Of a DNA stretch of 64,000 nucleotides, positions 63,575 through 64,000 are shown in pieces. The notes beneath the pieces were generated by a model. That model did no database searches. It had not been told where the DNA came from and saw nothing but the letters and a program-made list of their open reading frames with translations. This DNA comes from Heterodontus francisci (lineage: Eukaryota), in assembly GCF_036365525.1 (NCBI RefSeq), contig NC_090411.1, positions 26,734,819-26,798,818 of the forward strand, in the 5' to 3' direction. Made by a program: the position numbers and the translations under genes. Within the stretch, counting starts at the first letter, position 1. Each line of letters opens with the position of its first letter.

Positions 63575-64000
63575 AGCTGAGGTACTCAGCACTTTAGGGC
63601 ATTGCTTTTCAAACTGGCCTCCCTACAACCCAGGGAATCCTCAAGGTGATTGCAGGAGGTTCTGAATGGGTCACAACGTCATCATATGTCAACCTATCAT
63701 CAGATACCTACATTGGTTGACCCACAAGCACATTATTTTTGTTGCTGAATACTAATAGAAACATGTTTTCTGCAAATGATGTCTCTATTTTCCAAAGGGC
63801 TCCCAGCACTGCCATTTAAAAGTTAGGATAAGGAGTCTCTCAGAGTAACAAACTAATGTAACTTTACAGATCTGCGTCAAGCTTGTCTTAATACCTCCCC
63901 ATAACTGACAAAATGAGGTTCTGGTGTATATTTTATTGCCATTTTTAGGTCGAGACATTTTTTGGAGTTTGCACCTTTGAGGGAGGTCAAAGATCAAATA
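63575..64000 (+). promoter_or_regulatory. Upstream region of a fifth ferritin copy (gene predicted just beyond the window)
   Basis: Colinear with 5917-6342 upstream of A1; by offset the ATG would lie near 64300. Confidence 0.7.

Larger units (their letters stand above)
53039..64000. repeat. Tandem segmental unit 3 (partial, with two private insertions)
   Basis: Colinear with 1-~6340; private insertions at 56325-56930 and 59566-63574; more diverged from ~59450 onward. Confidence 0.9.

Overview
Vertebrate genomic DNA, most likely from a shark or other cartilaginous fish (inferred from the repeat content: CR1, L2, RTE, Penelope-like ends and Deu-domain SINEs). The window is a tandem array of a ~25.4-kb unit: unit 1 = 1-25429, unit 2 = 25430-53038, unit 3 = 53039-end (partial). 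Each unit is an older duplication carrying two 4-exon ferritin genes on the + strand (types A and B). Four complete genes are present (A1 6640-11125, B1 20645-23784, A2 32074-36492, B2 48227-51377), plus the upstream region of a fifth, more diverged copy at the right edge. The ORF track misses these genes because they are spliced. All four encode an intact 176-aa H/M-type ferritin in which the bridging ferroxidase ligand Glu62 (human H numbering) is Lys, as in L-chains. The L-chain nucleation glutamates are absent (a His-rich [10 protein letters not shown] patch instead) and I find no iron-responsive element in the predicted 5' UTR. Hand counts between types A and B show mostly synonymous change. 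Unit-specific young insertions are a near-full-length two-ORF CR1 LINE (59566-63574), a 2.2-kb RTE LINE with an open ORF (40575-42773), a 606-bp non-autonomous RTE-tailed element (56325-56930) and a 50-bp RTE tail (7391-7440). Penelope-like remnants carry degenerate minimal hammerhead ribozyme motifs.
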